This document shows positions 1 through 13,049 of a stretch of 64,000 bases of DNA, piece after piece. Position numbers and translations under genes: made by a program. Position 1 is the first letter of the stretch, and each line of letters begins with the position of its first letter. The stretch lies in NCBI GenBank assembly GCA_002269645.1, contig NIVC01002915.1:6966-70965 (forward strand), read 5' to 3'. Under the pieces are notes generated by a model. The model made no database searches, had not been told where the DNA came from, and was given only the letters and a program-made list of their open reading frames with translations. This DNA comes from Macrostomum lignano (lineage: Eukaryota).

Positions 1-2440
1 GCCACCATGCCAAACATTAAAGAGCCACCATGCCAAACAAAAAAGAGCCACCATGTCGAACATAAAAGAGCCACCATGTCAACCATAAAAGAACCACCAC
101 GTCAAGCATATACATTACTCCATGTCAAACATAAAAGAGCCACCATGTCAAACATTAAAGAGCCACCATGCCAAACATTAAAGAGCCACCATGTCAAACA
201 TTAAAGAGCCAGCATGTCAAACATAAAAGAGCCACCATGTCGAACATTATTGAGCCACCATGTCAGACATTAAAGAGCCACCATGCCAAACATAAAAGAG
301 CCACCATATCAAACATAAAAGAACTACCATGTCAAACATTAAAGAGCCACCATGTCGAACATTATTGAGCCACCATGTCGAACATCCAAGAGCCACCATG
401 CCAAACATAAAAGAGCCGCCATGTAAAACATAAAAAAGCCACCATGTCAACCATAAAAGAACCACCACGTCAAGCATATACATTACTCCATGTCAAACAT
501 TAAAGATCCACCATGTCAAACATAAAAGAGCCACCATGTTAAACATAAAAGAGCCACCATGTCAAACATTAGAGCCACCATGTTGAACATTAAAGAGCCA
601 CCATGTCAAACATAAAAGAGCCACCATGTCGAACATTAAAGAGCCACCATATCAAACATAGAAGAGCCACCATGTCAAGCATATATGACTCCATGTCCAA
701 CATTAAAGAGCCACCATGTGGAACATTAAGGAGCCACCATGTCAAAAATTAAAGAGCCCCCCATATCGAACATAGAAGAGCCACCATGTGGAACATTAAA
801 GAGCCACCATGTCAAACATTAAAGAGCCTACATATCAAACATTAAAAAGTTACCATGTCAAACATTAAAGTGCCACCATGTTGAACATTATTGAGCCACC
901 ATGTCAGACATTAAAGAGCCACCATGCCAAACATAAAAGAGCCACCATATCAAACATAAAATAACTACCATGTCAAACATTAAAGAGCCACCATGTCGAA
1001 CATTATTGAGCCACCATGTCGAACATCAAAGAGCCACCATGCCAAACATAAAAGAGCCGCCATGTCAAACATAAAAAAGCCACCATGTCAACCATAAAAG
1101 AACCACCACGTCAAGCATATACATTACTCCATGTCAAACATTAAAGATCCACCATGCCAAACATAAAAGAGCCGCCATGTCAAACATAAAAAAGCCACCA
1201 TGTCAACCATAAAAAAACCACCACGTCAAGCATATACATTACTCCATGTCAAACATTAAAGATCCACCATGCCAAACATTAAAGAGCCACCATGTCAAAC
1301 ATAAAAGAGCCACCATGTTAAACATAAAAGAGCCACCATGTCAAACATTAGAGCCACCATGTTGAACATAAAAGAGCCACTATGCCAAACATTAAAGAGC
1401 CACCATGTCAAACATTAAAGAGCCACCATGTCAAACATAAAAGAGCCACCATGTCAAACATTAAAGAGCCACCATGTCAAATATTAGAGCCACCATGTTG
1501 AACATTAAAGAGCCACCATGTCAAACATAAAAGAGCCACCATGTCGAACATTAAAGAGCCACCATATCAAACATAGAAGAGCCACCATGTCAAGCATATA
1601 TGACTCCATGTGCAACATTAAAGAGCCACCATGTGGAACATTAAGGAGCCACCATGTCAAAAATTAAAGAGCCCCCCATATCAAACATAGAAGAGCCACC
1701 ATGTGGAACATTAAAGAGCCACCATGTCAAACATTAAAGAGCCTACATATCAAACATTAAAAAGTTACCATGTCAAACATAAAAGAGCCACCATGCCAAA
1801 CATTAAAGAGCCACCATGTCAAACATAAAAAAGCCACCATGTCAAACATTAAAGAGCCACCATGCCAAACATTAAGGAGCCACCATGTCAAATATTAAAG
1901 AGCCACCATGTCAAACATAAAAGAACCACCATGTAAAGCATATATGTGACTCCATGTCTAACATTAAAGAGCCACCATGTAGAACATTAAAGAGCCACCA
2001 TGTCAAACATATAAGAGACTTTATTTCAAACATAAAAGAGCCACCATGTTGAACATTAAAGAGCTACCATGTCAAACATTAAAGAGCCACCATATCAAAC
2101 ATTAAAGTTCCATCGTGTCGAACATTAAAGAGCCACCATATCGAACATATAAGAGACTTTATTTCAAACATAAAAGAGCCAACCATTTCGAACATGAAAG
2201 AACCACCATGTCGAACATAAAAGAGCCACCATTTCTAATATAAAAGAGCCACCATGTCGAACATAAAGGAGCCACTATGTCGAACATAAAAGAGCCACCA
2301 TGTTGAAACTTAAAGAGCCAACCTGTAAAACATTTAAAAGATTCACCATGTCAAACATATAAGTGACTTCATTTCAAACATAAAAGAGCCACCATGTCAA
2401 ACATAAAAGATACACAATTTCAAACGTAAAAGTGAGCGAA
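1..2440. repeat. 23-bp minisatellite (GAGCCACCATGTCAAACATTAAA)
   Basis: Direct inspection. Confidence 0.95.
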
Positions 2441-2504
2441 TTTTAAAGGAGCCACTATAATGCTAAGGAAATTGTCGCACTAGCTACTTATTGTCTGGTG
2501 GATG

Positions 2505-2865
2505 CTTGCTATTTGGGGATGCTATCTATCTGGGGGATGCTTGCTAGCTTGTATCTTGGGGATGCTTGCTATCTGGGGGATGCTTGCTATCTGGGGGATG
2601 CTTGCTATCTGGGGGATGCTTGCTATCTGGGGATGCTTGCTATTTGGGTGATGCTTGCTATCTGGGGGATGCTTGCTATCTGGGGATGCTTGCTATTTGG
2701 GTGATGCTTGCTATCTGGGGATGCTTGCTATCTGGGGATGCTTGCTATCCGGGGGATGCTTGCAATCTGGGGGATGCTTGCTATCTGGGGGATGCTTGCT
2801 ATCTGGGTGATGCTTGCTATCTGGGGGATGCTTTCTCTCTGGGTGATGCTTGCTGTCTTGGGATG
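2505..2865. repeat. 19-20-bp minisatellite (GGGATGCTTGCTATCTGGG)
   Basis: Direct inspection. Confidence 0.9.
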
Positions 2866-3634
2866 ATTTCTTTTTGCATTGCACTTCATTTGAGTAGTTT
2901 GTCTGTTTTCTTTGTAAAAGCTTTTTTTGGCTATTTTCTTATTACATGTAGAGAACAGAGATTCTATACAGATGTCCCCCAACGGGGGGCGAAGATTGCT
3001 AGTCCTATATACTAAAAATGGTCTGTCTGTGTCTATCTATCTATCTATCTATCTATGTGATCGATTAGAGAAAAAATGGCTGGACCGATTTTGTTCGAAC
3101 TTGCACTGTTCGATCAGAAATTTTCCCGTGACGGTACATGCATCGTGGCTAAGAAATTGCTCGATGCTAAAGGCATTAAATATTCGAAAAACATGCTTTT
3201 TTGCAAAGGTCAAGCAAACTTTTCGACTTGAAATGCATTGTAAGAATGCTAGAGAAAAAACTGACTGGTTGAATTCTGATTCTGAAATAGATTGCATCAT
3301 AACTGAATTGTAACTCCGACTTGAATTGGAAATGCAGTGTGAAAGCGTAGCACCAGACTTGATTTAAATTGCGTAACCATATTGTTAACTGATACCGACT
3401 GACTGAAAAACTGATTATGTCATAACTGCTTCGTGTGATTTACTCTATGCTTGGATTTAAAAGTGTTAAATTATATAAGTGCAAAAGTTGATGTTATCAA
3501 AACGATGAGAGCTAGCCTAGAGGTGAACAAACTGAACTGCTAAATGCAGCGACGATGGTTTGAATTTTCATAGAGTATAATTTTTTAATTAAATCTTTTC
3601 AACGTCAGGAAAACTAAAAGACTTTTTAAAAAGA

Positions 3635-4950
3635 AGCGTCATGTAAACAATCATAGAAGTGTCATGTAAAAAATCATAGAAGCGTCATATAAAAATCATA
3701 GAAGCGTCATTTAAAAAATCATAGAAGCGTCATGTAAACAATCATAGAAGCGTCATGTAAAAATCATAGAAGCGCCATGTAAAAAATCATAGAAGCGTCA
3801 TGTAAACAATCATAGAAGCGTCATGTAAACAATCATAGAAGCGTAATTTAAAAAATCATAGAAGCGTCATGTAAACAATCATAGAAGCGCCATGTAAACA
3901 ATCATAGAAGCGTCATTTAAAAAATCATAGAAGCGTCATGTAAACAATCATAGAAGCGTCATGTAAAAAATCATAGAAGCGTCATGTAAACAATCATAGA
4001 AGCGTCATGTAAACAATCATAGAAGCGTCATGTAAACAATCATAGAAGCGTCATGTAAACAATCATAGAAGCGTCATTTAAAAAATCATAGAAGCGTCAT
4101 GAAAAAATCATAGAAGCGTCATGTAAACAATCATAGAAGCGTCATGTAAAAATCATAGAAGCGCCATGTAAAAAATCATAGAAGCGTCATTTAAAAAATC
4201 ATAGAAGCGTCATGTAAACAATCATAGAAGCGCCATGTAAACAATCATAGAAGCGTCATTTAAAAAATCATAGAAACGTCATGTAAACAATCATAGAAGC
4301 GTCATGTAAAAAATCATAGAAGCGTCATGTAAAAAATCATAGAAGCGTCATGTAAACAATCATAGAAGCGTCATGTAAACAATCATAGAAGCGTCATGTA
4401 AACAATCATAGAAGCGTCATGTAAACAATCATAGAAGCGTAATTTAAAAAATCATAGAAGCGTCATGTAAACAATCATAGAAGCGCCATGTAAACAATCA
4501 TAGAAGCGTCATTTAAAAAATCATAGAAGCGTCATGTAAACAATCATAGAAGCGTCATGTAAAAAATCATAGAAGCGTCATGTAAAAAATCATAGAAGCG
4601 TCATGTAAACAATCATAGAAGCGTCATGTAAACAATCATAGAACCGTCATGTAAACAATCATAGAAGCGTCATTTAAAAAATCATAGAAGCGTCATGAAA
4701 AAATCATAGAAGCGTCATGTAAACAATCATAGAAGCGTCATGTGAAAAATCATCGAAGCGTCATCTTAAAAATCGTAGAAGCGTCATGTAAAAAATCATA
4801 GAAGCGTCATGTAAAAATCATAGAAGCGTCATGAAAAAATCATAGAAGCCTCATTTAAAAAGTAATGAAAGTGTCATTTAAAATATTACGAAGCATCATG
4901 GTAGAATAAAAGAAGCGTCATGTCAGACATGAAGGGTGTCATGTAAAAAT
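3635..4950. repeat. 22-23-bp minisatellite (CATGTAAACAATCATAGAAGCGT)
   Basis: Direct inspection. Confidence 0.95.
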
Positions 4951-5292
4951 TAAATGAAGCTATAATGCTGTGCTGGGGAGAATTACTGAGATGTCAAGGC
5001 TCTCAGAGAATAACTTAGATTACGGGGGGGGGGGTTTCTGAGATGTCAAAGCAATAGTCAGAGGCTATTTCAAAGTTCATGTACTTTACTCAATTTTTTA
5101 TTGCATTCTTTGTTGGCTCGCCACGGGGGGGCGCTGATAAAAAAGCGTAATGTAAAAAATAAAAGAAGCTTCATGTCGAAGTTAAGAGATTCATTTGGGA
5201 ATCCCTACGATGTCGAGGCTTGCAGGGAATCGCTATAATGCTGTAGTAGTGCTATAATGACTCTCAGAGAGAATTACTGAAATTTCAATGCT

Positions 5293-5353
5293 TTAGGGTT
5301 AGGTTAGGGTTAGGGTTAGGCTAGGGTTAGGGTTAGGCTAGGGTTAGGGTTAG
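5293..5353. repeat. Interstitial degenerate TTAGGG tract
   Basis: (TTAGGG)n with CTAGGG/TTAGG variants. Confidence 0.75.
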
Positions 5354-6012
5354 AAGGTTGACAGATATTTTTAGATTTCCAAGGCTTATTGGGGGCATTG
5401 CTGAGATGTCAATGGGGGAAGTTGATATGTTAAAGCTTGTGGGGGGAGTTATTGACATGTCAAGGCTTACAAGGTTTGACAGGAGATTTTTTAAGATTTC
5501 AAGGAAATATGTAGCTTATTAAAAAACGTGTATTGCATTTCTTTGGCTCCCCAACGGGGGGCGTAGATTGCTAGTCTAATCTTCTAATCTTCTAATCTTC
5601 TAATATATCTAAAGTAGCAACCCCCCCTCCACCGACCCTGTCTGTCTGTGGGTATGTAACAGGTTATCTCCCAAAAGGCTCAACCGATTTTCTCCGTTTC
5701 TTCGCCAAAAGATGTCAAATGTGCCCGGGACGGTACATGTAATTTTATTTAGCTCTAGCTCAATGCTAAGGGGATTAAATATTCGAAAAACTGTTTTAAA
5801 TGGCCTTTTTAGTGTATTTTTTTATCAGCCTGCGCGCAGCGAGAAACTTCACAGCCAATTTTAATGATTGCGCCAGAGCCAACTGATAAGAAAATTCACT
5901 TTGCCCCACTGCCCAGATAATTACTCTATTTAACTTGCGTAACCAATTAAGGGGGGGGTATAATAAAAATTCTGGATGCTTCCAATATACTAAAAATCAA
6001 AACTATCTTCTA

Positions 6013-6260
6013 TCTAAATATACTAAATCTCTAAGGTTTGTATGTTTGAATGTCCATCTAAATATACTAAATCTCTAAGGTTTGTATGTTTGAATGTCCA
6101 TCTAAATATACTAAATCTCTAAGGTTTGTATGTTTGAATGTCCATCTAAATATACTAAATCTCTAAGGTTTGTATGTTTGAATGTCCATCTAAATATACT
6201 AAATCTCTAAGGTTTGTATGTTTGAATGAATGTCCATAATCTAAATATACTAAATCTCTA
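6013..6260. repeat. 44-bp tandem repeat of a Helitron 5' end
   Basis: TCTAAATATACTAAATCTCTAAGGTTTGTATGTTTGAATGTCCA, about 5.5 copies. Confidence 0.9.
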
Positions 6261-7171
6261 ATATTTGTTTGTTTGTTTGTATGTTTGTCCATAACGCTCT
6301 AGAGACTGCAATTCTTCACCGATTTTGATCGCGTCTTCGCCAAAAGATTTAAAATTGTCTGGAAAGAAGACGGTTAAAATTTCTTTAATCTGCTTCAATG
6401 CTAAAGGGATTAAATATTCGAAAAACATGCTTTTTTGCAAAGGTCAAGCAGCTCTTTCGACTTGAAATGCGCTGTAAGAATGCTAGAGAAAAAACCGACT
6501 GACTGAATTCTGATTTTGATAAAGATTGCATCACAACAAGTTGAAAACACTGTGCCAAGTTGAAAGACAGAAATTGCGTAACCATATTGCTAGCTTTAAT
6601 TGAGACTGATGCTGACTGCCTGAGTATTTGATTATGTCATAGCTGCTTCGTGTGACTTTCACTCGAAGAGAATTTGTGTTAGTATTTGCATAACGTTCTA
6701 GAGATAGAACCAATTGACCAATTTTAATCGCGTTTTTACGAAAAGATTTGTAATTATCTGGAAAGAAGACAGTTAAAATTTCTTTAATTGGCTTTAATGC
6801 TAAAGGTATTAAATATTCGAAAAACGAGTTTTCCCAATGCTTTTAATGGTAGGGCAAACTAGGTTGAATTCTTGACTGGACTGGCTGAATTCCAATTCCA
6901 ATTATGATTGCGCCATAACTTTTCTTTCTCCACTGTGTAAGCTTCAATACTGGTTGCAGTGTGCAAGGAGAAAAAATGCTCAGTGGCTGCGTGTGTACAT
7001 TCTGACCCTGGCTCTGACTGGCGGACTCCATAGAAAATTGCTAGATTTCACTCAATCAACTGTGCATTGGCTCCGCCTGCACGCCTACACACTGAGCAGC
7101 CTATCACTGCTATGTATTTTAACTGCAGTTCTGAAGCATATATGGCTGATTTTGTTGTCCTCCCATCAATA

Positions 7172-7254
7172 GGCGGAGTAGCCGCAGTGTAGGCACTTAG
7201 GACTAGGTTTAGGCTAGACGTAAGGTCCAAGGTTCGAGTCTGCCTCCCCGGCGG
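7172..7254 (+). other. tRNA-like Pol III cassette (A and B boxes), copy 1; not a bona fide tRNA
   Basis: GTAGCCGCAGTG A-box-like; GGTTCGAGTC B box. Confidence 0.55.
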
Positions 7255-7778
7255 ATAATAAAAATTCAAATAATTCAATAATTTATAGCTTGTGCCTGGA
7301 CTAATTGAAACATTTTTTATTTAATTTCAATTGAAACGTTTTTTTATTAATTAGCAATTCATTTTTTGCTACTCAGCACAAGCCACTAATCAAATTTGAT
7401 TTGTAAAAACTGCTTCGAGTATAACTGATACCATCAATGGGTATTGTCTAGCTCCATAAAAGTACGAAATTCTTAAACTGCAGAAAATGCTGCTAAATGC
7501 TGAGCTTTTCAAGACTGCCGATATGTATCGAAAATTGATTAGTGAGCCGTACAATTCTGAGCAAATTGCAGTTTTCTGAGGGGACTGAGGTGCCGGCCAC
7601 AGAAGAACTGCAGACTGTGAATTAGTTCCTCCAGACTTAAATCTAATTTATAGATTTCACTTAACTGCGCATTGGCTCTGCCTGCATACAACCCGTGCAC
7701 TAAGCAGCCTATCACTGCTGTGTATTTGACTGCAGTGCCAAAGCATATATTGCTGATTCTGTCGCCCTCCGATCAATA

Positions 7779-7860
7779 GGCGGAGTAGCCGCACTGTAGG
7801 CACTAGGACCAGTTTTAGGATAGGCGTAAGGTCCCAGGTTCGAGTCTACCTCGCAGCGGA
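7779..7860 (+). other. tRNA-like Pol III cassette, copy 2
   Basis: Part of a ~607-bp duplication; GGTTCGAGTC. Confidence 0.55.
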
Positions 7861-9459
7861 CAATTAAAATTGAACTAATTATTTATTTTAGCTTGTGCTT
7901 CGACTAATTGAAACTTTTATGCTTAATTAACAAGGCACACTTAATGAACTACATGTATTTTTGCTGTTTGGCACAAGTCGATAAGCAAATTTGATTTGTA
8001 GAAACTGCTTCAAGTACATGTATTACGAGCGTACTGATCCCATCAATGGGTATATTGCCTAGCTCCATGAAAGTATGAAATTGCTAAACTGCAGACGATT
8101 CTGAAAAAAACTGCTGAAGGTATTGCTAAATGCTGAGCTTTTCAAAACTGCCGATATGTATCGAAAATTTATTAGTGAGCCGTAAAATGCTGAGAAAATT
8201 GCAGTTTGCAGAGGAGACTAAAGAGCCGGCCGAGAGGAGAACTGCAGGCTGCTGAGAGAATGAATGAAAATCGTTAATGGTACAGTTGTAGACTGAAAAT
8301 GAAATGACTGCAGACTGCTGAGGGGAACTGCAGACTGTCGAAGGGATCATTGCAGATTGCAAAGGGGAAACAACTGCAAACTGCTGAGGTAGTTCCTCAG
8401 ACGTATGAGCGTATAGCTGCAGACTGCTGAGAGGGAAAACTGCGGACTAATTAGAGGATAATGGCAGACTTCTGAGGCTTATAACTAACTATTGAGTTTT
8501 GAGTGGATATTTACTGTGGAAGATTAAGTACAAGTTGTTTAGGGGATTTCTGCGGCTGCTAAGTGAAATATTTTTGGCTAAGGGGACAATTCTATGCCGC
8601 TGAGGGTATGCATTCTTAATTTTAATAAAAGTTTTAAAATGCAAAGTGGATGATAAATGCCGGCTGCTAAGAAATAACTGCAGTCTTTTTGCGGGATTAG
8701 ATGAAGGGATAATTTCAGGTTGTTGTGGGGATAAATGCCGATTTCCGGGGGTTAACTTCAAACGGCTGAAGTTGCTAAACTAGATTATTTCGACCACATG
8801 TCAATAGGCACAATAGCCGCAGTAGGCAGGCAGTATCAAGCAGAAGCAAACAGAATGCTTTGATGTCAGCAGTTCGAGCCTGCATTGAAGCAGCGAATTT
8901 ATCTTTGTGACCTGTGACAATAATGATTGCATCCTATGCAGATTCATGGAGATGTTAAACACTTAAATTTAAAGATACTTTTGCTGGGGCTGCGTTAGTC
9001 TTCTAGAGCAGTGCTAATCTGCTGTAAATACTAATTTGCAAAGGGTCTAATCTGGGTGAGCAGTGCTAATCTGACGTACAATGAATTAATAAATATGCAA
9101 GAGAATTGCAAATCAATTTTAAACTGCAAGTTGCAAACATTTCAAATGGTTTCGATTATTGAGAAGCATATGGAGATCAGTAGCCATCTGCTCCCAGATT
9201 TTGCGGAACAGTGCCGGTGAACCATTGCTAAACTGCTGGTGAATCATTGCTAAACTGCTGGTGAACCATTGCTAAACTGCTGGTGAACCATCGCTAAAGT
9301 GATGGTAAACCATTGCTAAAGTGATGGTAAAACACTGTAAGTTTTTAATAAATGCTACTTTAAACAGAAGAAAACTCAACACAAGAAAAAGCGACAAAAG
9401 AATCATCATGTCAACCATAAAAGAAGCGGTCTGTCGAGAATAAAATACTCAATGTGAAT

Positions 9460-11520
9460 TGCTAAGATGTCAAGGCTGGTATGGAAAATTTCTGTGATAT
9501 CAAGACTCATGGGAGAATTTCTAAGATCTCAAGGCTCAGCGGTAATTGCTATATCATGATGTGATTCTGGGGAGAATTGCTTTGATTTGAAAGCTTAAGT
9601 TCAATTGCTGCGATGTCGATCTTAATGAGGGAATTTCTGAGATGTCAAGGCTTACTGGGGAATTATTGAGATTTCAAGGCTTACTGAGCCATGGGCCAGA
9701 TCAAAGCCCATGAGAGAAATTCTGAGATGTCTTGTCAAGTCTCAGAGGGAAATTCCTATACTGATGTGATTCTGGGCAGAATTGCTTTGATTTCAGATTC
9801 CATTTGAGAAATTTCTGAGGTATCAAGGTTCATTAAAATTATTTGCTGTCAAGGCTCATGGAAATAATTTCTGGAATGCTGTGGCTCTTGAGGGAATTGC
9901 CGACATTGTTAGGGTAAGAGTAAGACGTAAACCATATAAATGAATAGGCCTGTCTAACATTAAATACTCATTGGGGAAATGCTAAGTTGTAAAGGCTCAT
10001 GGGGGGATATCCGAATTATAATGTGGCTCAATGCTCAGGGGGATTGTTGTGATTGCAGTACCTGCTCATAATGCCGAAATTTTGTGGCTCAAATAGGAGT
10101 TGCTGAGATATCAAGGCTCATTGGGGAATAGCTGAGATTTCAAAGCTCACGGGGGATCCCGTAGGCTGTAGGCTGTGACTCTTGGGTATTGCTGAGATGC
10201 TAAGGTTCACGGGGGAATGACTGAGATTTCAAAGGCTCCTAAAGCGAATAGCTGAAATTCACGAAATGTCAAGGTTCATTGGGTATTTGTTGAAATGCTG
10301 TGGTTTACGGTGGGAATTGCTGAAATGCTGTGACTTGGCAGGGTTAGTTTTCAACCATAAGACTCATGTGAAAGTGCCAAGATATCAAAAGGTTAGTCGC
10401 TAAAGTTTCATGCTCATGGGAAAATTGCTAAGATTTCAAAAGCTCATTGGGGAATTGCTGAAATTCTTGGGCTGAGAGGAGGGGTTGCTGAAATGCTGTG
10501 ACTCGGCTGCAGGTTAAGGGTTAGGATTTGAGTTTAATTATAGAGCGATCGTCGTGTCAATCATAAATGATTCATCAAGGAATTTCAAAGATTAAAGGGG
10601 CGAATTAGTTATATGCTTTGGCTCTTAGGGAATTGCTGACAGTTCAAGGCTTTCGGTGAAATTTAGATTTCAAAGCTTATGAGGAAGTTACTTAAATGCT
10701 CAGGCTCAAGGCTCACGGGGGAGATTGCTAACATGCCAAGACTCACTTATGGGTTAGGGTTAGGGGCTTAGGGTCAGTTTTGGTTCAATCATAGAATAAC
10801 CACTCTGTTAACCATCAACTAAAGACTTGCTAAGATGGGAGTTGCTAAGATATCAAAGCTCATGAATGGAATCACTGAGTTGACAAGGCTTATGAAGAAA
10901 TTGCAGAGATATCAAGGCTCATAAGGGGATTGCTGAATTCTTGGGGGAGGGGAGTTGGGTTGTTGGGATGTCAAGACTTACTCAGCTGAGAGAACTGCGT
11001 AGATGTCAAGGCTCGAGTTTAATTGCTGCGATGTCGATGCTTAATGGGGGAACTGCTGAGATGTCAAGTCTTACTGGGAATTGCTAAGATGTCAAGTCTT
11101 ACTGGGAATTGCTAAAATGTGAAGGCTTTCTGGGGGAATGCTGAGATTTCAAGGCTTACTGGGGAAATGCTTAGATTTCAAGGCTTACTGGGGGAATTCC
11201 TCAGATGTCAAGGCTTATTGGGGGAATTGCTGAGATGTTAAGGCTTACTGGGGGAATTGCAGCGATTTCAAGGCTTACTGCGGCAATTGCTAAGATGTGA
11301 ATTCTTTCTGGGGGAATTGCTAAGATGTCAATGCTTACTGGGGGAATTGCTGAGATCTCGAGGCTTCTCAGCAATTCTTAGCAAGTATTAGCAATTGTTA
11401 GCTAAGTATTCTTAGCAATTCTTGTCAAGGCTTACTTGGGGAATTGCTGAGATTTCAAGGCTTACTGGGGGGAATTGCTAAGATGACAAGGCTCATGGAC
11501 GATGGCTGAATTGTTAGGGG
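9460..11520. repeat. Degenerate ~30-bp repeat (GGGGAATTGCTGAGATGTCAAGGCTTACTG), also at about 4970-5500, 14300-14900 and 16180-16540
   Basis: Direct inspection. Confidence 0.8.
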
Positions 11521-12001
11521 TGTTAGGTTGTTGGGCGATTGTCAGATAGTCAGGTAGTACGGCTGAAGTAGCTCATGTAGTTCAGATATTGAAATAGTAC
11601 ACACAAGTGATGCTGATTTCTGCTAATAGGAAATACCAGCGCATTTATTAAAGGTTTCATTCTTTGATTTAGGCTAATTAAAAGAGAGGGTCTAAGGCCG
11701 TCAATGATTTGCATATTTGCTGCGGATAAGAATATGCCCCGGCCAGCGACGATATGCATTAAGAGTTTGTGCTTGAAAGGATCAGCACTATTTGCTGATT
11801 GAGAAAGGGTTTTAGGCTGATGAAGGAAACTTTTTTGGCTGATGAAAGTTCTGATTCATGGCAATTTATTTTTGCCAAAATGAGAAAAGGTAATTTTTGA
11901 TTAATGGAAATCAACATTTTGGATAATTATAGTAAGGTTACTCTTGTGTCAAAATAAAAACCAATTGGTGTCATTTTAGGGCTCCCCAGCGGGGGGCTAA
12001 A

Positions 12002-13049
12002 TCTAAATATACTAAATCTCTAAGCTTTGTTTGTATGTTTGTCCATAACGCTCTAGAGATTGCAATTCTTCACCGATTTTCATCGCGTTTTCGTCAAAAG
12101 ATTTGTAATCAGCCTGGGATTGTATGGTTAAAATTTCTTTGATCTGCTTCAATGCTAAAGGGATTAAATATTCGAAAAACTGTTTTAAATGGCCTTTTTC
12201 AATGCAAATTTTATCAGCCAGAAACTTCACTGCCAATTTTAATTGATTGCGCCAGAGCCAACTGATAAGAAAACTCACTCCGCTCCACTTAAAGGGGGGC
12301 AATAAAAAATTATTCTGGCTGCTGGCAGCCAGCTCTAATTAGCTAGTCTAAATATACTAAATCTCTAAGGTTTGTATGTTTGAATGAATGTCCATAACGC
12401 TCTAGAGACTGCAATTCTTCACCGATTTTGATCGCGTTTTCGCCAAAAGATTCAAAATTGTCTGGAAAGAAGACGGTTAAAATTTCTTTAATCTGCTTCA
12501 ATGCTAAAGGGATTAAATATTCGAAAAACTGTTTTAAATGGCCTTTTTCAATGCAAATTTTATCAGCCAGAAACTTCACTGCCAATTTTAATTGATTGCG
12601 CCAGAGCCAACTGATAAGAAAACTCACTCCGCTCCACTTAAAGGGGGGCAATAAAAAAATTATTCTGGCTGCTGGCAGCCAGCTCTAATTAGCTAGTCTA
12701 AATATACTAAATCTCTAAGGTTTGTATGCTTGAATGAATGAATGTCCATAACGCTCTAGAGACTGCAATTCTTCACCGATTTTGATCGCGTTTTCGCCAA
12801 AAGATTCAAAATTGTCTGGAAAGAAGACAGTTAAAATTTCTTGTATCTGATTCAATGCTAAAGGGATTAAATATTCGAAAAACTGTTTTAAATGGCCTTT
12901 TTCAATGCAAATTTTATCAGCCAGAAACTTCACAGTCAATTTTAATTGATTGCGCCAGAGCCAACTGATAAGAAAACTCACTCCGCTCCACATAAAGGGG
13001 GGCAATAAAAAATTATTCTGGCTGCTGGCAGCCAGCTCTAATTAGCTAG
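12002..13049 (+). mobile_element. Three head-to-tail copies of a ~350-bp mini-Helitron (12002-12346, 12347-12696, 12697-13049)
   Basis: Each starts TCTAAATATACTAAA and ends CTGGCTGC-TG-GCAGCCAG hairpin plus CTAG. Confidence 0.85.

Larger units (their letters stand above)
1..3002 (+). mobile_element. 3' part of a Helitron-like element carrying minisatellites
   Basis: CCCCC-AAC-GGGGG hairpin at 2976-2988 and CTAG at 2999-3002. Confidence 0.65.
3003..5574 (+). mobile_element. Non-autonomous Helitron-like element
   Basis: Starts TCCTATATACTAAA then (CTGT/CTAT)n; ends with CCCC-AAC-GGGG hairpin and CTAG at 5571-5574. Confidence 0.75.
5575..12001 (+). mobile_element. Composite/nested Helitron-like segment
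   Basis: TC starts at 5575, about 5985 and 6013; end-like hairpin CCCC-AGC-GGGG near 11984 followed by CTAA. Confidence 0.55.

Noticed and set aside
1-2440. CRISPR-like array, and Kozak-like GCCACCATG repeats
   Set aside because: No unique spacers and no cas genes in a eukaryotic intron; it is a plain degenerate minisatellite.
7172-7860. Functional tRNA genes
   Set aside because: No consistent acceptor or anticodon stems; kept only as tRNA-like cassettes.
8489-11900. AT-rich minus-strand ORFs (8489-8761, 11550-11759) as captured gene fragments or RepHel remnants
   Set aside because: No Rep (HUH/Y2) or PIF1 helicase motifs and no other recognisable motif.
12012-13005. Three similar minus-strand ORFs (MPPFKWSG...) as a gene family
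   Set aside because: They are antisense readings of tandem non-coding Helitron units.
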